DNA of 27,935 nt from Candidatus Sericytochromatia bacterium (GCA_036676985.1 JAKFBU010000066.1:1-27935), one strand, 5' to 3'. Numbered from the stretch's first letter, positions 1 through 9,757 are shown. Numbers and translations: made by a program. Notes: generated by a model not told the origin, from the sequence alone.

Positions 1-1
1 G

Positions 2-637
<636 letters not shown>

Positions 638-655
638 TCGGCTGATTTTAAGGAG

Positions 656-712
656 CCGTTCGCCTTTCGACCAGGCTCAAGCCTGTCCTGAGCTTGTCGA
701 AGGGACGAACGG
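656..712. repeat. Imperfect intergenic palindrome, REP-like element
   Basis: Left arm ccgttcgcctttcgaccaggctca (656-679) is a near reverse complement of right arm tgagcttgtcgaagggacgaacgg (689-712); no U-tract follows. Confidence 0.7.
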
Positions 713-748
713 ATTTGTCGTGGGTGGCAAGTTAATCGGCCACCCATC

Positions 749-1870
749 GTGAGACGAGGCAGCATCATCCGACTAGGCTTCGACGCAAGGCTGATCGAGA
801 ATACGGGGATCGGGCGCTACATCCAGTGCCTGATGCCCCGTTTGCCTGCGCTGGGGGCGGACGTCGTCGCCTGGCTCAGCCCCCAGCAAATGAAGGACCC
901 GCGATGGGACGTGCCTGGCATCGATCGGCGGTCCATCGACGCCAACATCTTCTCGATCGCCGAACAGCTCGAATTGCCGCGTCTCGCTCGTGAGGCAAAG
1001 GTCGACCTGCTTCATGTGCCGCACGTGAACGCGCCCCTGTGGTCGCCCGTGCCTCTGGTCGTCACGCTGCACGACCTCATCCCCTTCCACTACCCGGAGG
1101 CGATCGCCTCCAAGCTCGGTCGACGCTACTTCAAGGCCATGGTGCAGGGCGTCCGCCGCAGCGCCCGGCGCATTCTCACGGTCTCCGAGAACACCCGACG
1201 GGACCTGATTGCGCTGGCCCATGGGGATCCCGAACGGATCGAGGTCGTGCCCCTGGCAGCCGACGAGCGTTTCGCCGACCCCGCCTCGCCCGAGGCGCGC
1301 CGTCACGTGCGCGATCGCTTCGACTTGCCGGGCCACTACGTGGTGTATGCCGGCCAGTGGAAGGCCTACAAGAACGTCGACCTCCTGCTGGAGGTGATGG
1401 CCGGCATCGACCCGGCGAACTTCCCGGACCTGCGCCTCGTCTTGATCGGCAAGGAGGACCCGCGGGTGCCGATGCGCGCGGAGATCGCACGTCGGGGCCT
1501 GCAGGATCGGGTGGTACTGACGGGCTTCGTCACCGATGAGGAGCTCCTGGCCCTCTACCAGGAGGCCACCCTGTTCGCCTTTCCTTCGCGCTACGAGGGC
1601 TTCGGCTTGCCCCCGCTCGAGGCCATGGCGGCCGGAGTTCCCGTGATTGCGAGCAATCGCGCCTCGATTCCCGAGGTGGTTGGTGATGCTGGGCTGCTCT
1701 TGGCCCCTGATCGTGTGCTAGAATGGCAAGCGGCGATCGAGTCCCTGTGTGCGGATCCGGCGCGCCGTGACGAGCTTTCCACCCGGGGGAAGGCGCGCGC
1801 GAGCGAGTTCAGCTGGAGTCGTACCGCCGAGCGGACGGTCGAGGCGTATCACCGGGTGCTGGGCCGCTAG
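749..1870 (+). CDS. Glycosyltransferase family 4 (GT-B, MtfB/WbpY-like)
   Basis: N-terminal FDAR..TGIGRY, VVTLHDLIP, YKN, and FPSRYEGFGLPPLEAMAAGVPVI (ExxxxxxxE motif). The GTG start is uncertain. Confidence 0.9.
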   Translation: MRRGSIIRLGFDARLIENTGIGRYIQCLMPRLPALGADVVAWLSPQQMKDPRWDVPGIDRRSIDANIFSIAEQLELPRLAREAKVDLLHVPHVNAPLWSPVPLVVTLHDLIPFHYPEAIASKLGRRYFKAMVQGVRRSARRILTVSENTRRDLIALAHGDPERIEVVPLAADERFADPASPEARRHVRDRFDLPGHYVVYAGQWKAYKNVDLLLEVMAGIDPANFPDLRLVLIGKEDPRVPMRAEIARRGLQDRVVLTGFVTDEELLALYQEATLFAFPSRYEGFGLPPLEAMAAGVPVIASNRASIPEVVGDAGLLLAPDRVLEWQAAIESLCADPARRDELSTRGKARASEFSWSRTAERTVEAYHRVLGR

Positions 1871-1905
1871 GGCCGCACCCGTTCAGGCGGGTGTAAGGAA
1901 CAGCG

Positions 1906-3039
1906 GTGAAGGTAGCCCTTGTCCACGAATGGCTCACCACGCTCGGCGGCTCCGAGCGCGTCGTGTGGGCCTTCCACCGGATGTTCCCGGAGGCGCCCGT
2001 CTTCACGACGGTGCACCGCAAGGATCTCTTGCCCGCCGAGTTCAACCGCCTGGACGTGCGGCCCTCGTTCCTGCAAAAGCTGCCGGGCGCCACGCGCCAC
2101 TACCAGAAGCTCCTCCCCCTCATGCCGCTCGCCTTCGAGCAGTTCGACATGGCGGGCTACGACCTGGTCCTCTCGAGCAGCCACGCCTGCGCCAAGGGTG
2201 TCATCACCCGTCCCGAGACCGTCCACGTGTGCTACACCCACACGCCCATGCGCTACGCATGGGACCTCTACCACTCCTACCAAGAGACGGTGAACCCCCT
2301 TCTGCGCCCCGTCTCGGCGGCCCTGCTCAGCTACCTGCGCCAATGGGACGTGCTCGCCGCCAACCGCGTGGACCACTTCGTCGCCAACTCGCGCGAGGTC
2401 GCCCGCCGCATCAACAAGCACTACCGCCGCAAGGCCGCTGTCGTCCCGCCGCCCATCGACGTGGAGCGCTTCACCCCACGGCCTGCGAACCAGGTCGAGG
2501 ATCACCTCCTGGTGGTCTCGCGCCTGGTGCCCTACAAGCGGGTGGACCTGGCCGTAGAGGCCGCGAACCGCACAGGCCAGCGCCTCCGGATCATCGGGGA
2601 CGGACCGTTGTACGCCGAGCTCAAGGCCATGGCCAAGCCGAACGTCGAGTTCGTCGGGCACCTGAGCGACGAACTGGTCGCCGACGAGATGGCCCGCTGC
2701 AAGGCGCTTTTGTTCGGCGCCTTCGAGGACTTCGGCCTCGTGCCGCTGGAGGTCCAGGCCTCTGGCCGGCCGGTCGTGGCCTACGGTGCGGGCGGAGCCC
2801 TCGAGACGGTCATCGACGGCGTCACGGGCGTGTTCTTCCCCGAGCAGACGGCGGATAGCGTGGTCGCGGCCCTGGTTCGCCTGGATCGCACGGAGTTCGA
2901 GCCCGCGGCCATCCGGCGCCATGCGGAGGGCTTTGGGTTCGAAGCCTTTGCCGAGCAGATGCGCGGCATGATCGAGGCTGCGGTGGCCGAGCGCCGCATG
3001 GGTGAGATTCCGACGGGAACCGAGGTGGTCTATGGCTAA
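1906..3039 (+). CDS. Glycosyltransferase family 4 (WbaZ-like)
   Basis: MKVALVHEWL..GGSERV, LSSSHACAKG, CYTHTPMRYAWD, VSRLVPYKRVD, EDFGLVPLEVQASGRPV. AAGGA RBS precedes the GTG. Confidence 0.9.
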   Translation: MKVALVHEWLTTLGGSERVVWAFHRMFPEAPVFTTVHRKDLLPAEFNRLDVRPSFLQKLPGATRHYQKLLPLMPLAFEQFDMAGYDLVLSSSHACAKGVITRPETVHVCYTHTPMRYAWDLYHSYQETVNPLLRPVSAALLSYLRQWDVLAANRVDHFVANSREVARRINKHYRRKAAVVPPPIDVERFTPRPANQVEDHLLVVSRLVPYKRVDLAVEAANRTGQRLRIIGDGPLYAELKAMAKPNVEFVGHLSDELVADEMARCKALLFGAFEDFGLVPLEVQASGRPVVAYGAGGALETVIDGVTGVFFPEQTADSVVAALVRLDRTEFEPAAIRRHAEGFGFEAFAEQMRGMIEAAVAERRMGEIPTGTEVVYG

Positions 3040-4564
3040 CTCGCCCGTCACCGAGCTGCATGGCAAGGTCGAGCAGGGCCAGGCGGGCCGCGACTGGCGC
3101 CACTGGCTCAAGCGAAACGTCATGTACGCGGGCCTGCCCTTCGTGGTGGCGTGCGACTGGCTGATCATCAACGCCGTGTTCGCCGCGGTCTATGCCATGC
3201 GCTTCACCTGGCGCGTGCTCAACCCGGTGGAGTACGGCCCGCCCTGGATTCCGTACTGGCACGCGACCCTGTTCGTCGCGACGGTGTGGGTGATGGTGCT
3301 CGTCGGCATGGGCCTCTACCGCTACCGGCGCGCGGCCTCGAAGTTCGAGGACCTCGTCATCCTCGCCTTCGGCCTCGGCCTGGGGACGCTGCTTGCGCTG
3401 GGGCTAGGCTTCTTCTACCGCGACTTTTCCTACTCGCGATTGGTCCTGGTCTACAGCGTCGTGGGCGCTTTTGTCGCCCTCGGTGCCTTCCACCTGGCGC
3501 TCCGCACCTTTCAGGAGTGGCTGCAGGCCCGCGGCTGGGGTAGCCTCAACGCCCTCATCGTGGGCTGCAACCCGCTCGGCGAGATGATGGCCGCCCGTTT
3601 CAAGGACGCACCGCACCTTGGTCATCGTCTGGTCGGCTTCGTGCCGGCGCCCGGTGAGTGGCTGGAGGGCGATCGCTGGGTCTGCGCCGTGCGCACCAAC
3701 GAGCTGCGCGAGACGCACGTGAGCCGCTACGGCCAGGTGCTCGGCGAGGTCGAGAACCTCGCTACCCTCATCGACCAGCACCAGATCGACGAGGTCATCC
3801 TGGCGCGGCCCGGGGCCTCCTTCTCGGAGTTCATCGAGCTCATGGGCTCGGTGGGCGGCCAGCGGGGCGTCCAGTTCAAGATCGTGCCTGACTTGCTCGA
3901 GCTCATGACCGCCAAGATCCAGATCTCGGACCTGGACGGCATCCCGACGCTCGAGATCTGGGACGTGCCCCTGCGCAAGTGGTACAACCGCTTCCTCAAG
4001 CGGGCCATGGACATCGGCTTCACGGCCATGGGCATGGTGCTCATTTCGCCGATCCTGCTGGGGGCCGCCCTCGCGGTCAAGCTCACGAGCCCCGGGCCCG
4101 TGTTCTACCGGCAGGAGCGCATGGGGCGGGACGGTCGCCTCTTCGATATCTACAAGTTCCGCACCATGTACCTCGACGCCGAGGACACGAGCGGTCCGGT
4201 CTGGGCCAAGGCGGGCGATCCCCGGGCCACGCCCGTGGGGGCCGTCTTGCGGCGCTTCAGCATCGACGAGCTGCCGCAGCTCTGGAACGTCCTCAAGGGG
4301 GATATGACGCTCGTCGGGCCGCGTCCCGAGCGTCCGTTCTTCATCGAGCAGTTCAAGAGCTACATCCCCAAGTACATGGACCGGCACCTGGTCCGCAGCG
4401 GCCTCACGGGCTGGGCGCAGGTCAACGGCCTGCGCGGCGAGGAAGGCACCATCGAGGAGAGGACCCGCTACGACATTTACTACATCGAAAACTGGTCGCT
4501 TCTGTTTGATCTGCGTATCATTGTGAAGACTGCCCTGGAGGTGCTTTTCTACAAGGCCTATTAA
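3032..4564 (+). CDS. Undecaprenyl-phosphate hexose-1-phosphate transferase (WcaJ/WbaP family priming transferase)
   Basis: N-terminal TM helices, a Rossmann-like middle domain, and a C-terminal sugar-transferase domain ([61 protein letters not shown]). ATG 3032 follows GAGGTGG and overlaps the upstream stop. Confidence 0.92.
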   Translation: MANSPVTELHGKVEQGQAGRDWRHWLKRNVMYAGLPFVVACDWLIINAVFAAVYAMRFTWRVLNPVEYGPPWIPYWHATLFVATVWVMVLVGMGLYRYRRAASKFEDLVILAFGLGLGTLLALGLGFFYRDFSYSRLVLVYSVVGAFVALGAFHLALRTFQEWLQARGWGSLNALIVGCNPLGEMMAARFKDAPHLGHRLVGFVPAPGEWLEGDRWVCAVRTNELRETHVSRYGQVLGEVENLATLIDQHQIDEVILARPGASFSEFIELMGSVGGQRGVQFKIVPDLLELMTAKIQISDLDGIPTLEIWDVPLRKWYNRFLKRAMDIGFTAMGMVLISPILLGAALAVKLTSPGPVFYRQERMGRDGRLFDIYKFRTMYLDAEDTSGPVWAKAGDPRATPVGAVLRRFSIDELPQLWNVLKGDMTLVGPRPERPFFIEQFKSYIPKYMDRHLVRSGLTGWAQVNGLRGEEGTIEERTRYDIYYIENWSLLFDLRIIVKTALEVLFYKAY

Positions 4565-4575
4565 AGGGGGGACGG

Positions 4576-4604
4576 ATCCGCAGATGACGCAGATTTCGCA
4601 GATT
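4576..4604 (+). repeat. Left terminal array: 3x CGCAGAT at 9-nt period
   Basis: atc-cgcagat-ga-cgcagat-tt-cgcagat-t; contains the ATG at 4584. Confidence 0.9.
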
Positions 4605-5012
4605 GATCACGGAGATCCCTCAACATACGCCATTATCGGGGCTGCAATGGAGGTCCATCGACAGTTGGGCAGCGGCTTTCTCGAAAGCGTTTATCACGAG
4701 GCCTTGGCGATAGAGCTTGCGGACAGGAAAGTTCCCTTTAGGCATGAGGTGGAGCTGCCGGTGTTCTACAAGGTGCACCGCCTAGAGGCGCGCTATCGTG
4801 CCGACTTCGTCTGTTTTGACTCCATTGTTGTCGAAATCAAGGCTCTCTCCAGGATGGGGGGAGTTGAATACGCTCAGCTCATCAATTACCTACGGGCGAT
4901 TGGTGCTAGAATTGGACTATTGCTTAACTTTGGCGCGGGCTCACTCGAGTATCGACGCCTCATTTCATCCAAATCTGCGTCATCTGCGAAATCTGCGGAT
5001 GGTCTCATCTAA
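4584..5012 (+). CDS. GxxExxY protein (PD-(D/E)XK nuclease-like family)
   Basis: IIGAAMEVHRQLGSGFLESVYHEAL contains GxxExxY. Also RADFV..IVVEIKA (D..ExK), QLINYL and GLLLNFG. GC is lower and codons are atypical relative to neighbours. Confidence 0.93.
   Translation: MTQISQIDHGDPSTYAIIGAAMEVHRQLGSGFLESVYHEALAIELADRKVPFRHEVELPVFYKVHRLEARYRADFVCFDSIVVEIKALSRMGGVEYAQLINYLRAIGARIGLLLNFGAGSLEYRRLISSKSASSAKSADGLI
4972..5000 (-). repeat. Right terminal array: 3x ATCTGCG (inverted CGCAGAT) at 9-nt period
   Basis: a-atctgcg-tc-atctgcg-aa-atctgcg-gat; its reverse complement matches the left array at 25 of 29 positions. Confidence 0.9.
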
Positions 5013-5024
5013 GAGGAACAATCG

Positions 5025-6020
5025 GTGGCAGCAACCAACGACATGATTCTCGTGGTGGGCGGAGCCGGCTACATCGGCTCGCACTGCGTCAAGGAGTTGA
5101 ACCTCCAGGGTTACCAGACCGTCACCTTCGACAACCTGGTCTACGGCCATCGCGAGGCCGTGCAGTGGGGCGCGTTCGAAGAAGGCGACATGAGCGACGT
5201 GGAGCGCCTGCGCGAGGTCTTCGCCAAGTACCCGATCGCCGGCGTCATGCACTTCGCGGCCTACGCCTACGTGGGCGAGAGCGTCACGGACCCCGAGAAG
5301 TACTACTTCAACAACGTGGCCGCAACGCTCAACCTCCTCAAGGTGATGCGCGAGTTCAAGGTCGACAAGTTCATCTTCTCCTCGACCTGCGCCACCTACG
5401 GCGTCCCCACCGAGATCCCCATCCCCGAGACCCACGCCCAGAACCCGATCAACCCCTACGGCAAGACCAAGCTCATGGTCGAGCAGGTCCTCGCCGACTA
5501 CCGGCGTGCCTACGACCTCAAGACCATCAGCTTCCGCTACTTCAACGCCGCGGGCGCCGATCCGGACGGCGAGATCGGCGAGGGCCACGACCCCGAGACG
5601 CACCTGATCCCCCTGGTGCTCGGCGCGGTCCTGGGCGGACCCGCCCTCAAGGTCTTCGGCGACGACTACCCCACCGAGGACGGCACCTGCGTGCGCGACT
5701 ACATCCACGTGGTGGACCTCGCCCGCGCCCACATCCTCGGCCTGGAGCGGCTCCTGTCGGGCGGCGAGAGCGCCGTCTACAACCTCGGCAACGGCAGCGG
5801 CTACTCGGTCAAGCAGGTCATCGAGACCGCGGAGCGGATCACCGGCCGCAAGGTCCCCTTCGACATGGGGCCCCGCCGTGAGGGCGATCCCCCCGCGCTC
5901 ATCGGGACGGCTCAGAAGGCCGTGTCCGAGCTCGGCTGGAAGCCGCAGTACGCGACGCTCGACCAGATCATCGAGACCGCATGGAATTGGCATCGCAAGC
6001 AAGCAGGAGTGACCGTCTAG
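5025..6020 (+). CDS. galE: UDP-glucose 4-epimerase
   Basis: GGAGYIGSH, HFAA..VGES, FSSTCATYG, YGKTK, RYFNAAGAD, DGTCVRDYIHVVDLA. Start is GTG 5025 (GAGG upstream) or ATG 5043. Confidence 0.95.
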   Translation: MAATNDMILVVGGAGYIGSHCVKELNLQGYQTVTFDNLVYGHREAVQWGAFEEGDMSDVERLREVFAKYPIAGVMHFAAYAYVGESVTDPEKYYFNNVAATLNLLKVMREFKVDKFIFSSTCATYGVPTEIPIPETHAQNPINPYGKTKLMVEQVLADYRRAYDLKTISFRYFNAAGADPDGEIGEGHDPETHLIPLVLGAVLGGPALKVFGDDYPTEDGTCVRDYIHVVDLARAHILGLERLLSGGESAVYNLGNGSGYSVKQVIETAERITGRKVPFDMGPRREGDPPALIGTAQKAVSELGWKPQYATLDQIIETAWNWHRKQAGVTV

Positions 6021-7384
6021 TGGGCAAGTACTTCGGAACCGACGGGGTCCGCGGCCTGGCGAACGCCAAGCTGACCCCCGAGTTGGCCTTCAAGCTCGGC
6101 CGGGCGGGGGCCGCCGTGCTCCTGCAGCAGCACCGGGGCGATCGCCCCGTCATCATGGTGGGCCGCGACACCCGTCGCTCGGGCACCATGCTCGAGGCGG
6201 CCCTGACGGCGGGCATCTGCTCGGTGGGCGTGGACGTCTGGCACCTGGGCGTGGTCCCCACGCCGACGGTCGCCTGGCTCACGGCCAACCGCGGCGGGGC
6301 CGCCGGCGTCATGATCTCGGCCTCGCACAACCCGAGCCCGGACAACGGCATCAAGTTCTTCAGCGGCGACGGCTTCAAGCTCCCGGACGACGTCGAGGCG
6401 GCCATCGAGGCCCTGCTGGACGCGCCCGAGGACCTGTTGCCGCGTCCCACGGGCGCGGAGCTCGGCACGGTGGTGGACCGGCCCGACCTGGTCGAGGCCT
6501 ACGTCCTGCACGTGGGCTCGCTCATCCCCGAGGGGCTCTCGGGCATGCGCCTGGCGGTCGACACGGGCCATGGGGCGGCCTACGCCATCGCCCCGCGGGT
6601 GCTGCGCGCCCTCGGCGCCGAGGTGAAGGTCCTGAACGACGCGCCGGACGGCGACAACATCAACCGGGACTGCGGCTCCACCCACCTGGAGGGGCTGTGC
6701 GAGGCGGTGCGTACAGGCGGCTACCAGCTGGGCCTCGCCTTCGACGGCGACGCGGACCGGCTCTTGGCCGTTGACGAGCAGGGTCGTCCGGTGGACGGCG
6801 ACCACCTCATGCTCATCTGCCTGGAGCATGCGCTCGCGACCGGGCGTCTGAAGAAGCCCTCGGTGGTCGCGACGGTCATGAGCAACCTCGGCTTCGAGGA
6901 GGCCATCGCGCGCCTCGGCGGCGAGCTCGTGCGGGCCAAGGTGGGCGATCGCTACGTCCTAGAGGAGATGCAGAAGCGCGACATCCGCCTCGGCGGCGAG
7001 CAGAGCGGCCACCTGATCTTCCTGGACGACAACACGACGGGTGATGGCCTCAACTCGGCCGTTCGTCTCCTGTCGGCCATCCGCGCGGCCAAGAAGCCGC
7101 TCTCGGAGCTGGCGGCCGGCATGGTCGATTACCCGCAAACGCTCAAGAACGTGCGCCTGGCCTCCACCCAGGGGTGGCAGGAGAATGCCGCCATCCAGGC
7201 GGCCATTCGCCAGGCCGAGCAGGAGCTCGAGGGCGCCGGTCGCCTCCTGGTGCGGGCCTCCGGGACCGAGCCCCTCATCCGCGTCATGGTCGAGGGCAAG
7301 GACGAGACGCAGATCCATGCGATCGCGGATCGGCTCATCGACCTCATCACGCGGGAGCTGACCCAGGCCCCGCAGGCGGTCTAA
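6020..7384 (+). CDS. glmM: Phosphoglucosamine mutase
   Basis: YFGTDGVRG, GRDTRRSG, MISASHNP (phosphoserine loop), FDGDADR, GGEQSGH, VRASGTEPLIRVMVE. GTG 6020 overlaps the galE stop, with AGGAG at 6005-6009. Confidence 0.95.
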   Translation: MGKYFGTDGVRGLANAKLTPELAFKLGRAGAAVLLQQHRGDRPVIMVGRDTRRSGTMLEAALTAGICSVGVDVWHLGVVPTPTVAWLTANRGGAAGVMISASHNPSPDNGIKFFSGDGFKLPDDVEAAIEALLDAPEDLLPRPTGAELGTVVDRPDLVEAYVLHVGSLIPEGLSGMRLAVDTGHGAAYAIAPRVLRALGAEVKVLNDAPDGDNINRDCGSTHLEGLCEAVRTGGYQLGLAFDGDADRLLAVDEQGRPVDGDHLMLICLEHALATGRLKKPSVVATVMSNLGFEEAIARLGGELVRAKVGDRYVLEEMQKRDIRLGGEQSGHLIFLDDNTTGDGLNSAVRLLSAIRAAKKPLSELAAGMVDYPQTLKNVRLASTQGWQENAAIQAAIRQAEQELEGAGRLLVRASGTEPLIRVMVEGKDETQIHAIADRLIDLITRELTQAPQAV

Positions 7385-7397
7385 CCGCTCACGAAAT

Positions 7398-7432
7398 CGC
7401 CCCCGGCAGTGATAGCCGGGGGCGTTGCGTTT
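7398..7432. terminator. Intrinsic terminator between convergent genes, possibly bidirectional
   Basis: 10-bp stem cgcccccggc/gccgggggcg with a 7-nt loop, followed by ttgcgttt and preceded by gaaat. Confidence 0.75.
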
Positions 7433-7445
7433 GGAAACGGACCGA

Positions 7446-8672
7446 CTACCCGCAGAGGTAGTCCAGCACGCTCAGGACGATGACCTTGACCCCGATGGGC
7501 AGGGCGGCCTCGTCGATGTCGAAGCTCGGATGATGATGCGGCTTGTCGAGCCCCTGCTCGGGGTTCGCCGAGCCGATGAGGAAGTAGCAGCCGGGCACTT
7601 CCTGCAGGAAGTAGGCCATGTCCTCCGAGCCCATGGTGCGCTCCGCCTCGACCACGTTCTCCGGACCCACGGCCGCCTCGGCCGCCCGGCGCACGAGGCA
7701 CGCCATGGCGCGGTCGTTGACCGTCACCGGGTACTGCGGCTTGTAGCGCAGCTCGCAGGTGGCGCCGAAGGCCATCGCCACGTTCGAAGCCAGTTGCTCA
7801 ATGCGTCCGGGCAGTTCCGCGCGCAGCTGCTCGTTGAAGGTCCGCACCGTGCCCGTCATGAGGGCATGCTGGGCGATGATGTTGTGGCCCGAGCCGCTCG
7901 TGATCTGCCCGATGGTCAGGACCGCCGACTCGAGCGGGCTCACCATGCGGCTCACCACCGTCTGGAGGGCCGTCACGATGTGGGCGGCGACCACCACCGC
8001 GTCCGTGCCCAGGTGCGGGTCCGCCCCGTGGCTGCCCTGGCCGTGCACGTGCAGCTCGAACTCGTCCGACGAGGCCATGAGCGGGCCCGACCGCACGCCG
8101 ATGGTGCCCACCGGCAGCTCGTTCCAGATGTGGTAGCCGAGCGCCGCGTCCACCCGGGGATTCTCGAGCACGCCCTCGGCGATCATGAGGTCCGCGCCGC
8201 CCGGGCCCTCCTCGGCGGGCTGGAAGACGAACTTGATGGTGCCCACGAGGCGATCGCGGTGCTCGACCAGAAAGCGGATCGCTCCGAGCAGCATGGCCAT
8301 GTGGGCGTCGTGGCCGCAGGCGTGCATGATCCCCGGGTTGCGCGAAACGTAGCTGTGGGTCGCCTCTTCATGCAGGGGCAGCGCGTCGATGTCGGCGCGC
8401 ACCAGCAGGGTCTTGCCGGGACGCGCTCCGCGCAGCACCGCCACGAGCCCCGTCCGGGCGACACCCGTCTCCACCTCGAGACCCAGGCCGTGCAGCGCCT
8501 GGGCGATGCGGGCCGCCGTCTGGACCTCGGAAAAGCTCAGCTCCGGCCAGCGATGGAAGTCGCGCCGCGTCTCGACGAGCTCGGGGGTCATGGCCGCCAC
8601 GGCCGTGTCGAGGGCCTGGAGGCAGTCGGCGGGGTAGCCTTGGGCGGAAGTCAGAGGGGGAGCGGTATCCAT
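7446..8672 (-). CDS. M20D-family amidohydrolase/peptidase
   Basis: RRDFHRWPELSF, RADIDALP, MHACGHDAH, FQPAEEG, GSEDMAYF, HHPSFDIDE. Confidence 0.93.
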   Translation of the reverse strand: MDTAPPLTSAQGYPADCLQALDTAVAAMTPELVETRRDFHRWPELSFSEVQTAARIAQALHGLGLEVETGVARTGLVAVLRGARPGKTLLVRADIDALPLHEEATHSYVSRNPGIMHACGHDAHMAMLLGAIRFLVEHRDRLVGTIKFVFQPAEEGPGGADLMIAEGVLENPRVDAALGYHIWNELPVGTIGVRSGPLMASSDEFELHVHGQGSHGADPHLGTDAVVVAAHIVTALQTVVSRMVSPLESAVLTIGQITSGSGHNIIAQHALMTGTVRTFNEQLRAELPGRIEQLASNVAMAFGATCELRYKPQYPVTVNDRAMACLVRRAAEAAVGPENVVEAERTMGSEDMAYFLQEVPGCYFLIGSANPEQGLDKPHHHPSFDIDEAALPIGVKVIVLSVLDYLCG

Positions 8673-8724
8673 CGAGTTCTCCGGTCAACGAGTCAGCAGC
8701 CGCCCCGCACGGGGGCATCATCCT

Positions 8725-8733
8725 ATCTTAGCA
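8725..8733 (-). promoter_or_regulatory. Candidate extended -10 promoter for the amidohydrolase
   Basis: Minus strand reads TGcTAAGAT about 50 nt upstream of the ATG, in the divergent intergenic region. Confidence 0.4.
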
Positions 8734-8869
8734 GAGGGGACTCGTCCGCGCAGCCCGACAGGGGAGCCGTCGGCCGCCGTTTAATGCCCTCTGGGCAAGG
8801 GTAATTGAAACCCAGGATGGGGATGCCTCCGCGCTCGGTGCACGGGAGGCTGGAAGCCAGGAGGAGACG

Positions 8870-9757
8870 ATGGTTCGGCGGATTTCAACCGATCCTTCGG
8901 TCGTCCGGAGCCCTGCGCGATCGCCGATCCGCGCTCCGATCACCGCACCCACCCCTGCCCCGACTCCCAAGCCACGCCCGATCCAGCCGCCGCCGGCGAG
9001 CGGAGAGAGCGCCTGGATGGCGGAGATGCTCTTCGAGGCGGGCTTCGATCCCCGTTACAACAACTCTCACCCCGGTCCCTCCGAGGGCCCTGCCACGAGC
9101 AAGGGGCCCGGCTTCACGCGCGGAGAGCTCCTGGCCGCGAGCGCCGAGGCGCCCGTCGGCGAGATCCCCCGCTCGGTGCCCCAGTACCGGGCGCTGCTCA
9201 GCCGCATGTTCGACGACAAGGCCGACCATGCCGCCGACGACATGCTCGGCGAGCCGGTCCTGAAGTCCATGCGCGAGGTCTGGACCCCGGGTCGCCCCGA
9301 GGTGAACCGCAAGGTCGCCACCGAGTTCATGCGCTACTTCCTGCCCAAGCTGGGCGAGGCCTACGACTTCAAGCCGTGCCCGGTGGAGTTCGACGACACC
9401 CTGTCGGGCGGCTACAACGGCCTCTACGACATTCGCCAGGACCGCATCTACCTGCCGCAGCGCGCGCTGGCCGGCACCTTCGCCGAGTTCATCGACGTGC
9501 TGGTGCACGAGGAGATGCACTGCATGCAGGAGCGCCTCATCGGACGCCTGCACCTCAGCAAGAACGGCGTGCCGCTCACGCCCGACGAACGGGCGATCGC
9601 CACCTACTGGAGAAACGAGCAGCCCAAGTACCGCTCGGCCATGGCCAACGGCTCCGAGATGAGCCCCGAGACCCGCAAGCGTTACCGCGAGATCGGCCAG
9701 GAATTCCACTCCATCTCGACGGGTGAGTACATGAGCACCCGCCTCACCCGCGCCTGA
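8870..9757 (+). CDS. Hypothetical protein with Pro-rich N-terminus and HExxH zincin-like domain
   Basis: GGAGGAG RBS and host-like codon usage. GLYD..RIYL precedes DVLVHEEMH, with a distal Glu in YREIGQEFHS. Confidence 0.75.
   Translation: MVRRISTDPSVVRSPARSPIRAPITAPTPAPTPKPRPIQPPPASGESAWMAEMLFEAGFDPRYNNSHPGPSEGPATSKGPGFTRGELLAASAEAPVGEIPRSVPQYRALLSRMFDDKADHAADDMLGEPVLKSMREVWTPGRPEVNRKVATEFMRYFLPKLGEAYDFKPCPVEFDDTLSGGYNGLYDIRQDRIYLPQRALAGTFAEFIDVLVHEEMHCMQERLIGRLHLSKNGVPLTPDERAIATYWRNEQPKYRSAMANGSEMSPETRKRYREIGQEFHSISTGEYMSTRLTRA

Larger units (their letters stand above)
4576..5000. mobile_element. Putative GxxExxY cassette bounded by inverted repeat arrays
   Basis: A single nuclease-fold gene between 29-bp imperfect terminal inverted repeats, compositionally distinct and inserted between the priming transferase and galE. 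No target-site duplication was found; mobility is inferred. Confidence 0.4.

Noticed and set aside
4509-4516. Extra ATCTGCGT unit in the 3' end of the priming transferase gene
   Set aside because: It is a single short match encoding conserved D-L-R residues and is expected by chance.
4576-5000. CRISPR array or classical IS interpretation of the CGCAGAT arrays
   Set aside because: Units are 7 nt with 2-nt spacers, there are no cas genes, no DDE/HUH/serine transposase motifs, and no target-site duplication was identified.
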